Source: a virus. From it: a DNA stretch of 64,000 nt. The notes beneath the pieces were generated by a model, which saw only the letters and a program-made list of their open reading frames with translations, was not told where the DNA came from and made no database searches. Position numbers and translations under genes: made by a program. The stretch covers positions 5,024 to 69,023 of IMG/VR virus record IMGVR_UViG_3300033120_000335, one strand, 5' to 3'. The stretch's first letter is position 1. Every line of letters begins with the position of its first letter. Of this stretch, positions 20,690 to 30,259 are shown piece after piece.

Positions 20690-21157
20690 CTAAGGCATTT
20701 CCTTTGTGTTCTTCTGCAAAGCATCCAATCGACGTATGTGTGCTTGGCGATCCATCTTGAAATGGAAAGACCTTGACCGTTCCGAAGCTGCTCTCTGTTC
20801 TGGGGTCATGATCTTGTACGACCCGTCTGCTTGACGGCTCAGATCAAAACCTGAAGCCCCAGTCTCCTCAATCAAACGACTCTTGTCTTTTTGGCGAGCA
20901 GAAATACCTACCCAAGCTTGCTTGGAGTAAGCTCCCACCACACGATCTACTTCGTAGTCGTGTGCAGAGAGTCCTGAGTCAGGAGCTGCCATTCCGTTTC
21001 CGTGGGCGGCGACCGAAGTCGTAACCGAAACACCACGAGGCAGATCCTTTTGAGCCAATGCCCCACAACTACACTTGGACTCCAAAGTTGCAGCAGAAGC
21101 AACCCGAGTTGTGAAGTTCAACCCACAAGACATGCACTGGTAACGGAAAACTGGCAT
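20690..21157 (-). CDS. FmdB-like zinc-ribbon protein
   Basis: MPVFRYQCMSCG...CSCG N-terminal motif. Confidence 0.7.
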   Translation of the reverse strand: MPVFRYQCMSCGLNFTTRVASAATLESKCSCGALAQKDLPRGVSVTTSVAAHGNGMAAPDSGLSAHDYEVDRVVGAYSKQAWVGISARQKDKSRLIEETGASGFDLSRQADGSYKIMTPEQRAASERSRSFHFKMDRQAHIRRLDALQKNTKEMP

Positions 21158-21175
21158 CTACCTTTAGCATGGTAG

Positions 21176-21191
21176 ATAGACCCGTTACCGA
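21176..21191 (-). promoter_or_regulatory. Putative phage late promoter, TCGGT-N7-CTAT
   Basis: Minus strand TCGGT AACGGGT CTAT upstream of the zinc-ribbon and sheath genes. Confidence 0.6.
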
Positions 21192-21199
21192 ACGAAAAC

Positions 21200-22321
21200 C
21201 TACTTGATCATCTCAAAGGATGCAGCCTTACTGGAAAAGTAAGGGTCTCTGAATGGGCTCAGAGAGAGACTTCCGGGAAGTCCCTTGATCTGCTCTGTGT
21301 ATGACATGACCCTACTTACGAGTGGTGTGAAAAGGAACCAATCAGCTTGAAGGGTGATGGAAATGGAGGACCCGAAGAAATAGTCATCCCCATTCTCGTC
21401 ATAGATCTCTTCTGTCTCCCCGCCCATATTGACATCTGTGATGTCAATTCCCTCATCTACCAGATTCGACCTGAGGACCGCCCAAAGAAACATAGCAGTG
21501 GCATCCGAGATCTCAGCTTGAGAATTCACATCCCGAGCTATGATCTCCAGGTCAACACTGAGTTCCCACTTACCACCATACTCAAGGTATGCAGGTTCAC
21601 GGGTTGGGGATACCAAGACGGCCCATCTGTCCCCCTTCTGATACCTTGTACCAAACACCTGCACGACACCAGGTATTGCCTGGTTCATGCCTGACCTAGG
21701 CAATACCTTCCAAGGCCCTGTTGTGACTCCGACAACACGGAAGTCTGCGGAGAGGCTCTGTTTGTTACCTAGAGGAGTGCTCAAGTAGATGGTGTTCCCA
21801 TCCTCACCTACTGAATAGTCTGCCCCCTCAACTAAACGTCTCTCTCCTGGAACTTCAAAGAGGCGTAAGCTGCCAGCGTATGGGACCCCAGAGAGTACGC
21901 CCTCTGAGTTTGTGACCATGCTCACCCGCTCATCCCGAATGTCAAGAAGAGGGTCAACACAGAACTCATCTTCCGAAGTCATCTCACAGTAGTACACCCC
22001 AGCCTGAGACGGGAACACGCCGTCATTCTTTTGGATTGCAATGCTGTCTTCACGTACCCATTCCACTGAGAGACCAGGGTGGCCTGGGATCTTCGCAAGA
22101 GTGATGTAGGACACCCCTGTCCCAATGAAGTTGTCAGGGGAGAACTGAACCTTGTTCCCCGAGCTAGTCTTGAGGATGATGCCGTATTGCGGACGCTCCT
22201 CAAAGCTGAACTTACCTTGGATGTTATCTACCAAGTCTTGGTATTTCGGATGCAGAGACCAAAAGGCTCGAAGCTCCTTGATGAAGCGTCTCCGCACAGC
22301 CTCGGTAAGGAAGAAGTACAT
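21200..22321 (-). CDS. Putative tail completion/terminator protein
   Basis: Upstream of sheath; WELSVDLEIIARD...EISD and SISITLQADW pattern resembles tail-terminator folds. Confidence 0.55.
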   Translation of the reverse strand: MYFFLTEAVRRRFIKELRAFWSLHPKYQDLVDNIQGKFSFEERPQYGIILKTSSGNKVQFSPDNFIGTGVSYITLAKIPGHPGLSVEWVREDSIAIQKNDGVFPSQAGVYYCEMTSEDEFCVDPLLDIRDERVSMVTNSEGVLSGVPYAGSLRLFEVPGERRLVEGADYSVGEDGNTIYLSTPLGNKQSLSADFRVVGVTTGPWKVLPRSGMNQAIPGVVQVFGTRYQKGDRWAVLVSPTREPAYLEYGGKWELSVDLEIIARDVNSQAEISDATAMFLWAVLRSNLVDEGIDITDVNMGGETEEIYDENGDDYFFGSSISITLQADWFLFTPLVSRVMSYTEQIKGLPGSLSLSPFRDPYFSSKAASFEMIK

Positions 22322-23337
22322 CAGTCCTGGTCGTATTCTTGAAGGGCCTGTACCAAAAGACCCTGAGCAACTGCATTGAGTGGGTCAGCAGCCTTGCGGA
22401 TCTCAGATACCTGGATTGGGAACCTCTTTCTCTTCTGTTCAAAGACCTGAGCAAAGAACTCGATGAAACCACCAGCCATCGAAGTCCCACCTGAGACGAT
22501 GATTGGGATGGGCTTTGGCAGGGAGAACTTTCCTTCGATTGATTTGAATTGAAGTGCAATTTGATCCAGCACGTACTCAATCAAGTTCTTGTAGTAGAAG
22601 GCCAACGCCTCCTGCTCTCTTGACCCAGGGTTGTTCAGGTCAATACCCTTCTCTTTGAGAGCACAAATCCTGGCCTGGGTAGCACCCAAAGACTTTGCAG
22701 CCCCAGAGTCAATCCAGTCTCCACCACGCCCGACCGAGAAGGACAACCCCTCGATGGTGGACACAGCCAACGAAACGTTTGTCATCCCACTGCCAAAGGA
22801 CAGCGCGATGCCAGAGAAGCCTTCTTTGGCTGCTTCAGCATAGATGATCGCCATTGCCTCATTCGCCGAGTGAGCTGTGTAACCACACTCTGTAACGATG
22901 CGATCGAAGACACCTCGATGGTAGACCACGTCACGACCAACTTGGTCAATTGGAGCAGCAGGAACAGAGAAGTAACAGTGTTCTCCTGGTGTCTTTGGCT
23001 CTCCCAGAACGTTCCTCACCAGCAACCCAAGGACTTCAAGGGAGTCCACCTCAGACGAGGAAACCAAGCCTCCTGACAATGGCCTGCGGGCCTCACGTCC
23101 GAAAACGTTTGCCATGTCAAGAGCAGCATCACCCAGAATGAGAATCTCTTCATCCCGTTCCACGTAGGAGACGTTGCTGAGCTTCAGCATCTTCTTTGAC
23201 TCTTTGGGGAGGTCGATGAAAGCATCCCGAATGCGAGCTGTCTCCACACCCTTGGGAGTCTTGCGAGCGCTGACGATGTTCATTGTCCCTACGTCGAGAC
23301 CAACACCGAGTTTCTGATCTACTGCCATTTTAGCCAT
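22321..23337 (-). CDS. Actin-like ATPase (MreB/MamK/FtsA superfamily)
   Basis: Phosphate-1 GLDVGTMN, connect NEAMA, phosphate-2 SFGSGMTNV, GRGGDWID, adenosine IVSGGTS, connect-2 DPLNAVAQG; start placed at ATG 23337 (GGAG upstream, overlaps previous gene end). Confidence 0.9.
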   Translation of the reverse strand: MAKMAVDQKLGVGLDVGTMNIVSARKTPKGVETARIRDAFIDLPKESKKMLKLSNVSYVERDEEILILGDAALDMANVFGREARRPLSGGLVSSSEVDSLEVLGLLVRNVLGEPKTPGEHCYFSVPAAPIDQVGRDVVYHRGVFDRIVTECGYTAHSANEAMAIIYAEAAKEGFSGIALSFGSGMTNVSLAVSTIEGLSFSVGRGGDWIDSGAAKSLGATQARICALKEKGIDLNNPGSREQEALAFYYKNLIEYVLDQIALQFKSIEGKFSLPKPIPIIVSGGTSMAGGFIEFFAQVFEQKRKRFPIQVSEIRKAADPLNAVAQGLLVQALQEYDQD

Positions 23338-23995
23338 CTCCGTTCTTTCTGCGTCTTGCATTTCGCAACGCCTCCTCAGCATCATCAACACCACTTGTGG
23401 TTGAACGTGAGGTCTCGATGTCGAGTTTCTTTGTTGCTGTGGTTACGATACCGCTGGGAATGAACACCGCTTCAGGAGTAGATGAAGTTCGTGCCACACT
23501 CGGGCTGGCATTCCCAGATCCGAAATCAAACTCGGACAAAACTGTTCTGAGCATTGACATGAGAAGTACAGGGTCAAAGACTACTGAAGACGGATTCTCT
23601 TTGGCGTCAACTTCGACCATCTTGGCTTCGGCTTCAAGTCTCTGAATTCTCTGGAGGTCTTCACGAAGGAGTCGCACTTCCATGGTGAGACCCTGTAATG
23701 CAGAAGCGAAATCTCCCGATGCTGGAGATGGAGAGTTTGCGGCCGAAGTTGCAGACCTTGAGATAGCTCTCTGGTTCGGGGAGTCTTCTAAAGGTGCGCT
23801 CGGTAAGTCTCTTCTGATCATCTGAGCCTTCAGCACTGTCACAGATACAAGACCATGAGCCTTGGCCAATTCCAAATCTCTGGATCTAGCTATGGCTGTG
23901 AGAGTGGTGGTAATGCGTGCTCCTCTCACCATTTTGAGGCCTAAGTCTTGGATGTGTGCGGTATCCCCAAGACAGACCAGTTCCACATCACTCAT
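23330..23995 (-). CDS. Hypothetical protein with coiled coil, coupled to the actin-like gene
   Basis: Overlaps both neighbouring genes; heptad segment ALQGLTMEVRLLREDLQRIQRL. Confidence 0.65.
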   Translation of the reverse strand: MSDVELVCLGDTAHIQDLGLKMVRGARITTTLTAIARSRDLELAKAHGLVSVTVLKAQMIRRDLPSAPLEDSPNQRAISRSATSAANSPSPASGDFASALQGLTMEVRLLREDLQRIQRLEAEAKMVEVDAKENPSSVVFDPVLLMSMLRTVLSEFDFGSGNASPSVARTSSTPEAVFIPSGIVTTATKKLDIETSRSTTSGVDDAEEALRNARRRKNGDG

Positions 23996-24546
23996 TTGAG
24001 AGCCTCATTCAGAATCTGACCTATCTTCTTCTCCAGGAAAGAAGTGACACAATCCTTCAGAGCCCGTCGAAAGGCACGTTGGATGAAAGTGTGCTCAGCA
24101 ATACCAGGATGAATCCAAGCCTTGTCTGTCGTCAGGGGAGTTGACCGGATGACGATAGTCCCATCCTTCGCTCTCAATGGGACCTTGTAGACGCCTTGTG
24201 CCTGAGTCAACCACTTCATCCGATATGGACCATCTGTGCCTTTGGTGATCAGCTCGATCCAAGGCCAACTACTGGAGACCTCAATGCTGTTGTCCTTCAC
24301 AGTGTATGAGAAGGACTCAAAGAACTCATTCGTAGTTGGGACTTGTCCTGTCTTGGCAGCATCCTTCTTCGCTTCTTGGCGAATGTACTTGATGAGACAT
24401 CGCCCAAAGAATTGAAGGTCCTTCTTCCCTAGGACCGCGCCCACACGCCTCTCCAAAGGAGAAACGTAGCGAGACCTGAGCTTCTGCTTAGGTACCTTCT
24501 TCTGTGGGAGAGTGCTTCTTACTGAGGCTTTTAGAGATCCGACCAC
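23992..24546 (-). CDS. Putative neck/tail-completion protein
   Basis: Basic protein ending WIHPGIAEHTFIQRA, reminiscent of the HK97 gp10-like C-terminus; synteny. Confidence 0.55.
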   Translation of the reverse strand: MVGSLKASVRSTLPQKKVPKQKLRSRYVSPLERRVGAVLGKKDLQFFGRCLIKYIRQEAKKDAAKTGQVPTTNEFFESFSYTVKDNSIEVSSSWPWIELITKGTDGPYRMKWLTQAQGVYKVPLRAKDGTIVIRSTPLTTDKAWIHPGIAEHTFIQRAFRRALKDCVTSFLEKKIGQILNEALK

Positions 24547-24555
24547 AAGTCACCT

Positions 24556-25929
24556 CTAGTAAGAATGGTTCCCACCAGTCCCGGAACGCCAGCGTTGCTG
24601 CACAGGACCTGGAACGTCACTCTTGTCTGTTGCCATCGGCAAAGCCGAATCGGGAGTGACTGGCCATGGTGGGTCTTCTCTAGCGTCGTAGGTCTCACGT
24701 GGAGGGTTGTACGTGTACCGGGTTTGTGGCCACGGCAAGTTTGGTGAAGCTTCTGCCCCATCAATTGGCACAGAGTACCGAGCATCTCCTGAATCCAGAT
24801 ACGAAATCGTGAAGTGCTGCTGCATGACGTTTCCACGATTCGTAGGTCTTCGCACAGGACCAATCGAGTATCGGTCATTGTTCTGTTTCACTACGAAGTC
24901 TCTTTGAGACACGATGGGCGTGTAGGTCATGAACACCTCGTACGAATGCTCCTTCCTACGTCCTTGACTCCCCTGGGAGATACGTCTCTCAGCATCGTCC
25001 GGAGCCATGATGACATCGTAGGGTCCTTCGTAACCACCCACAAATCCTGTCCCATAGCAAATCTTGCAACGATTTGAGGGCTGTTTTGAATAGGTTCGGA
25101 CGTGGGCATCCAACTCCAAACAACACTCACACCGCAACCCACCCACCTTTTGGACAAAGAGTTTGAGTCGTTCTCCACCCTGAGAGAGAATCCAACTGTT
25201 CCTCCGGATGGCCTCTCGCCACATGTAGTCCAAGGCCTCAACTTGCAGATCGGATGCAGGCATCGTCACATTCAAGGGTGTCTCGATGAGACCACCTGGT
25301 TGTGCAGAGTCCTCAGCAACTGTTGTGACTCGGTAGAAGGACTTCTTGTCCACACCCACAGACACATGATTTCGAAGCGTGTAGTATGTCACTACAACAG
25401 CATCCGAGGGTCCTGTTGGTAGGGGAGCGAATGCGAACCGATCGTTTCTAGGGTCGATATCTGGGGCATCTCCCAGAGTGATCTCATTCTTCGGACCAAA
25501 GACTTCGTGTATCCGGGCAGGTAGACCGTTGATCGTTACAATCACGTCTTCCACAGAGTTCGCGGAAACCCCCTGTGTGCGAGGCTTGTAGATCGGATAG
25601 CGAGTCCTCAGCGTCCATCTACGGGAATTGGGCGCATTTCCCCGAGACTGCCACCCAGTCTCCCATGGTATGACCTCCTCGTTTACGAGAGCCACATCAG
25701 TGAAATCACGGAAAAAGGTCCCCCCCACAGGAAATGAATTCATCCTGCGAAAAGGACCTCTGTCCGACGCATCCGACCGATAGACGTTCACGCCTAACAC
25801 GTTGTATGCGGAGTTCCCTCCGAGAAGGGACGGGTCGTCCCATCGGATGTCGAAGACACCCCTCTCAAAAGGGCTCACCACCATGACGTTCATGGGGGGG
25901 AGCGGGTATGTGACTGGAACCCAGACCAT
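24556..25929 (-). CDS. Putative head-closure/neck protein with Cys-rich insertion
   Basis: RCECC...CKICYGTGFVGGY followed by PIVSQRDFVVKQNNDRYSI; first gene of the neck-tail block. Confidence 0.55.
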   Translation of the reverse strand: MVWVPVTYPLPPMNVMVVSPFERGVFDIRWDDPSLLGGNSAYNVLGVNVYRSDASDRGPFRRMNSFPVGGTFFRDFTDVALVNEEVIPWETGWQSRGNAPNSRRWTLRTRYPIYKPRTQGVSANSVEDVIVTINGLPARIHEVFGPKNEITLGDAPDIDPRNDRFAFAPLPTGPSDAVVVTYYTLRNHVSVGVDKKSFYRVTTVAEDSAQPGGLIETPLNVTMPASDLQVEALDYMWREAIRRNSWILSQGGERLKLFVQKVGGLRCECCLELDAHVRTYSKQPSNRCKICYGTGFVGGYEGPYDVIMAPDDAERRISQGSQGRRKEHSYEVFMTYTPIVSQRDFVVKQNNDRYSIGPVRRPTNRGNVMQQHFTISYLDSGDARYSVPIDGAEASPNLPWPQTRYTYNPPRETYDAREDPPWPVTPDSALPMATDKSDVPGPVQQRWRSGTGGNHSY

Positions 25930-25961
25930 TTGAACCTCCCTAATGGGAAGTTATAGCGGGC

Positions 25962-26258
25962 TTATGGAGTCGGATTTGGCGGGAGAACAACAACAGTGCC
26001 ATCTGGAGTCATACGCCATGGTGTTCCAGGGGGAATGCCCAAACGTGAAGCTGCGGCATTCATGAGCCCCTGAGCACGTTCCTCAATGTCCGACAAGGCT
26101 CCAAGCAGCCTGTGCTTTCGCACCTCACCTTGACCAATCTGCTGCACAATCTCTTGAGATTGGCGTTGAAGAGCCATGACTGTGGCCACTTCCTCAGGGT
26201 CAAGCTTCTTAGCCATATCGGCTGGAGTCACGTTCTCTGGGCTACTCTTATCTGACAT
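25962..26258 (-). CDS. Hypothetical protein
   Basis: ORF with GGAG SD before ATG 26258; short coiled coil. Confidence 0.6.
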   Translation of the reverse strand: MSDKSSPENVTPADMAKKLDPEEVATVMALQRQSQEIVQQIGQGEVRKHRLLGALSDIEERAQGLMNAAASRLGIPPGTPWRMTPDGTVVVLPPNPTP

Positions 26259-26394
26259 GTATTTCTCCATTTTGTTGTCGCTGAGATTCAGCGTCCAAGC
26301 ACCTGACACAGTACCTAGTCTCTAGGTCTGCACTACATCATGCACACACCTCGTCAGACACCCATATTGCGCCATCAAACCCAAAAGGTCTGAT

Positions 26395-26505
26395 ATGTTG
26401 CTGTATACATGGTGGGATCTGGTGGTTTTCTTGGGTGTTTTGCTTCTCTTGGTGCTCCTCGAAGCATTTGACACCAGGAAGAAAAAGATACCAAAAAGGG
26501 GCTGA
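26395..26505 (+). CDS. Possible 36-aa single-pass membrane peptide
   Basis: Hand translation MLLYTWWDLVVFLGVLLLLVLLEAFDTRKKKIPKRG; below the ORF-track cutoff; ends in a hairpin. Confidence 0.35.
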   Translation: MLLYTWWDLVVFLGVLLLLVLLEAFDTRKKKIPKRG

Positions 26506-26526
26506 GGTCTCTACGGACTTAGCCTC
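26493..26526 (-). terminator. Probable terminator
   Basis: aaaaa-ggggctgaggtc...gacttagcctc hairpin. Confidence 0.55.
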
Positions 26527-26672
26527 ACAGCACGGGCATCTAAGTCTTGCTCTGTGGGGTCATCTTTCAGATAAAATGGAGTTGAGTAGACCTGTTTGAC
26601 TCTCTTTGGAGAGTGTTTGTCACAGTCTCCAGAATGCCCGTAAAGTCTACGGCAAGCAATTCATCACTTACC

Positions 26673-27203
26673 CTAACCATGAACCGAAGGAATGGGCTGA
26701 CCGTAGTACCAGATCTGAGGAACCCGAAAAGCAAACTCTTCAGGGAGCATCTCACGCTTAGAGACCCTCTGAGGACCGTAGACAATCAAAGTGTTCTCCC
26801 GAGATGGGCAGTGATGGAGAACCTCTCGACATAGTAGGTGGTCCCACATTGAAGTGGATCCACAAGCTGTACCATCAGTGTTCTTCCCCAAGTACACCAC
26901 CACCTCTGAAGTTTCGAGAATCTCCAGCAGACCCTTTGTCTCTCGGTTCACAGGCCAAGAGACGAAAGACACCTTTGATGGTTTGGTGTACGCATAGAAG
27001 TAGGCCTGCACCAAAGAAATCTTCTGGGAGTATTTCAGACCCCTCGGGAATTCCTTGTCTAAGGCCACGACTGTGTTTGCCCCAAGCTTGACCAACTCCT
27101 TTGTCAGACTGAGATCTCCAGCCCCAACATCGAGTACATCCTCCCCCTTCACACACAGGGAGACTACTTGACGTTGTTGTGGATCCAAAAATCCAAAACC
27201 CAT
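26673..27203 (-). CDS. Class I SAM-dependent methyltransferase-like protein
   Basis: VLDVGAGD motif I and VVALDKE motif II. Confidence 0.6.
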   Translation of the reverse strand: MGFGFLDPQQRQVVSLCVKGEDVLDVGAGDLSLTKELVKLGANTVVALDKEFPRGLKYSQKISLVQAYFYAYTKPSKVSFVSWPVNRETKGLLEILETSEVVVYLGKNTDGTACGSTSMWDHLLCREVLHHCPSRENTLIVYGPQRVSKREMLPEEFAFRVPQIWYYGQPIPSVHG

Positions 27204-27210
27204 GTTTTCC

Positions 27211-27771
27211 TCATTCGTAGTAGCGACCCAGTTTGGCTAGGTCTCTACATTTACTGTGCACCAAGAAGTCACTCCGTTCGGATACAAGTTCCTGGAACAC
27301 ATCCTCCAAATCCTTGAGTTTGTCGACAGAAGCTTCGTTCATCTCTCTACGTAAAGAGACCTTCTGACTCTGTTCAATGACTGAGTTCAGAAAGGTGTCA
27401 ACCTCTCGCTCGAAAGAGTCTGTAGGGAAGAGTTGTGTCCAACAACTCTGCGAACACATCGATCGGATGTCTCTGCAAGATGGGAGCATTGAGCACCCAA
27501 CCTGGATTGAAGACCCATCCTTGGATAGTCGGAACTGAACCTCAGGCCAGTTCAACCCTCCTGAAATGCCAGCCATCTCGTGGGAGTATCGGAAGGACGT
27601 GTTTGTGTCATCCTTCTCATACCGGATACGAAACCACTCGCAGATGAACCAAAGCGCTAGGAGACGCATAGGCAAAAGTTTGACGGGACCGCCAAATACA
27701 GACAGATAACCCATCAGGTCTTGAGAGTCATCCAAGTCTGTATCTGGCCAGGTCACGTCAAAGAGAGCCAT
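27211..27771 (-). CDS. Hypothetical protein
   Basis: Tightly packed ORF in the operon. Confidence 0.6.
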   Translation of the reverse strand: MALFDVTWPDTDLDDSQDLMGYLSVFGGPVKLLPMRLLALWFICEWFRIRYEKDDTNTSFRYSHEMAGISGGLNWPEVQFRLSKDGSSIQVGCSMLPSCRDIRSMCSQSCWTQLFPTDSFEREVDTFLNSVIEQSQKVSLRREMNEASVDKLKDLEDVFQELVSERSDFLVHSKCRDLAKLGRYYE

Positions 27772-27777
27772 TTGATA

Positions 27778-30207
27778 CTATACCCCAGTGCTGAAAAACT
27801 CAGCCTTGACGTACACCGTGATGACAAGACCATTTGGAAGGACAAAGAACGTGCCCTCACTCTTCTCATCTGAGTTGAGCTTGGCCTCCGGGTACTTGGC
27901 CTCGAACTGATCCGCAGTGTATGCCGTAGCGTCCAAGGAATCAGGTACGAGCCCTGTAGCTCCGACATAGAAGGCAAGTGGTCGAACCCTATCGTAGAAG
28001 GACTCAACAACTTCTTCAATTGCGTGGAGTGCATCCTTAGTGACAGCTAGAGTCTCTTCACGGTCAGTACCCTGGAAGGACTTGAAGAACGAATCTGGGT
28101 CAACCGAAGCCAACTTCAACACTCGATCAAGTTCAGTCCGCGAACCAAGACCAAGAAGACCTTCGTACAGAGGGTAAGACAGGGTGTCTACCTCGTCCAA
28201 CTTGGTGCGGCCAGTCAGTTTCTTGATTGACCACTTCGTGTCCATGGCGAGCAAGTCGAGAGTAGGATCCTTCACAGGACTCCCATGGAAAGTTGCCTCG
28301 AACCTACGCTGCAAGTAAGCATTTCCGGACTTCAACTTGGTCACAGAAGTCAAGGCCGGGTACCCAAGATTGATCTTGTACGAGAGACGTGTGTCAATCT
28401 TCCCAGAAGCAATGGCTTCGTCTCGGTTTGTGTACTCATTCGTTGTTGGAGGTGAGAAGTTCAGAGCTGGAGTCAAGTAGAACTTACTCAACTCAGCAAT
28501 CTGCTCCCCAGTCAAAGACGTGGACTCACCCTTGAAGATCCCTGAGAAGATCTTTGATAGAACCACAAGCTTGGCAAGATCCTGCACCTCGTTTGGAGAC
28601 ACAGAATCGAAGTTCGTGTCGTAATCCACAAGAGGCAACTCAGAGAAGTCAATGACGAAAGCCTCTTTCGGCTGGTATGTGCCAGTTACGACCTTCAGGT
28701 CCAACAACTCACGGAAACACCGCTTGTCTGTCGTACGGAAAATGAGTTGGTTGACGTTCAGAGTTCCATCTCCGACCAACGTGTAGTTGTTGAAGGACCT
28801 GAGGTTCGAAAGGTCAATGCCAGAAACCGAGGCAATGCGAGTCTCATCCTTGTACAAACCAATGGACTGGCTGACAAGCATGTTGACTGTCGCATTGTTC
28901 CGATTGATCTCAAACTTGTTGACTGAAACCCAACCCTCAGGATCCGCAGCCTCAACTTTGGATTTCACTGTGGGAGGCACGAGAGTACCATCTTCAGCAC
29001 GAGTACCCTGAACACTCTTGACGCCTCTCCGCTTGTATCCCGAAAGCATCACGTTGAGGTTCACATTGAGTGACCCAGTGTACTTGTTGAGGACAGAAAG
29101 AACTCGGAGAACCGAAGGTCCAGTTGCAGGAAGACCGTACTCCCTCATCGGGAAGTATTTGGTATCCCCAAAGAGTCTCTCCTCCAGACCCTCCGCGAAC
29201 TTTGCCACATCGGATGACACAAGAGCACGAGAGTGTGCAGACAAGAGTGAAGAGTCCAGAGTAGCAACTGCGGCGTACTTGGCCGCATTCAAACGCCCTT
29301 CGCTGATCTGAGCCCGACCATATGCGAGAATGGCGGGAGACGTGCACGACTCTTCTGCATCTGAAGCGTCGTAAGCCTTCTCAGAAATCTCACGGTAGCG
29401 GTAGACGGTCTTGTCGTCCGAGGCCCCAAGACCTCGAATGACCAAGTTGTCCCGAGAACCCAGAACCTTCTTTGCAGACTTGGAGAAGAAGATCACGTAG
29501 TTGAAGCCCTTGATTGGAGCCTCCAACACAGGAGACATGGACCCCGCCAACAGTGCTGTTGCACTGTGAAGTGCCTCGTAGACCTGCTTGATGTTCTTCG
29601 CCTGGATGCAAACACCAGAGAGAGCATTCGAGATTGAGGACAAGAGGTTGAAGTCACACCAATCGCGGTAGGCAATCGTATTCACGAATACGTTGGGGTG
29701 CTTCTTCAGACTCTCAACCACGGTCGCAATCGTTCGAGACTCCGCCGTAGGGCTGGAGTCGTTTGCGAATCCGTCAGTGTGGAGAGTGATGCAGGTAATC
29801 TCATTGTCGTCAATGAGAGTCTCGGCCATCACAAGACCTTGAGAGATACAGGTCATGGATGTTGCCCGGAGTGCTCGGATCTCTTGGAGATGTGGACTGG
29901 AAGCCTTCATCACATCTCCAACTGTGATGTGTTTGAAGTGGAGCTTCACGTCACCCTGGGAGCTGTACGAGACAAGAGACACCCGAAGGGAGTCGTCGTC
30001 GAACTCCCCAAGTGTCAGAAGCTTCTCAACCATCACCTTGAGGTCTGGGAGGTCTCCATACATAGACCCAGACCGATCAACCACAAGGATGTGGTGGGAG
30101 GCGGTCTTCTTGGCTACAGGAGCCTCGGTGAATGTCTCAGACGAGACCTCAAAGAACTTCGTGGGCATTCCTGAAAAAGAGCGGAGAGCAAACTTGATAT
30201 CGGTCAT
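27778..30207 (-). CDS. VWA (von Willebrand A) domain protein
   Basis: MIDAS motif ILVVDRSGSM, T in MTCISQGL, LHTDG; start set at MTDIKF. Confidence 0.85.
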   Translation of the reverse strand: MTDIKFALRSFSGMPTKFFEVSSETFTEAPVAKKTASHHILVVDRSGSMYGDLPDLKVMVEKLLTLGEFDDDSLRVSLVSYSSQGDVKLHFKHITVGDVMKASSPHLQEIRALRATSMTCISQGLVMAETLIDDNEITCITLHTDGFANDSSPTAESRTIATVVESLKKHPNVFVNTIAYRDWCDFNLLSSISNALSGVCIQAKNIKQVYEALHSATALLAGSMSPVLEAPIKGFNYVIFFSKSAKKVLGSRDNLVIRGLGASDDKTVYRYREISEKAYDASDAEESCTSPAILAYGRAQISEGRLNAAKYAAVATLDSSLLSAHSRALVSSDVAKFAEGLEERLFGDTKYFPMREYGLPATGPSVLRVLSVLNKYTGSLNVNLNVMLSGYKRRGVKSVQGTRAEDGTLVPPTVKSKVEAADPEGWVSVNKFEINRNNATVNMLVSQSIGLYKDETRIASVSGIDLSNLRSFNNYTLVGDGTLNVNQLIFRTTDKRCFRELLDLKVVTGTYQPKEAFVIDFSELPLVDYDTNFDSVSPNEVQDLAKLVVLSKIFSGIFKGESTSLTGEQIAELSKFYLTPALNFSPPTTNEYTNRDEAIASGKIDTRLSYKINLGYPALTSVTKLKSGNAYLQRRFEATFHGSPVKDPTLDLLAMDTKWSIKKLTGRTKLDEVDTLSYPLYEGLLGLGSRTELDRVLKLASVDPDSFFKSFQGTDREETLAVTKDALHAIEEVVESFYDRVRPLAFYVGATGLVPDSLDATAYTADQFEAKYPEAKLNSDEKSEGTFFVLPNGLVITVYVKAEFFSTGV

Positions 30208-30259
30208 GTGAGTGGGATTCCTTTCCCCCTCCATTACGCCCAAAAGGGCTGATTTGAAC

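Noticed and set aside
1043..25929. Extracellular contractile injection system or tailocin rather than phage
   Set aside because: Capsid, scaffold, protease and adaptor genes are present in the same window
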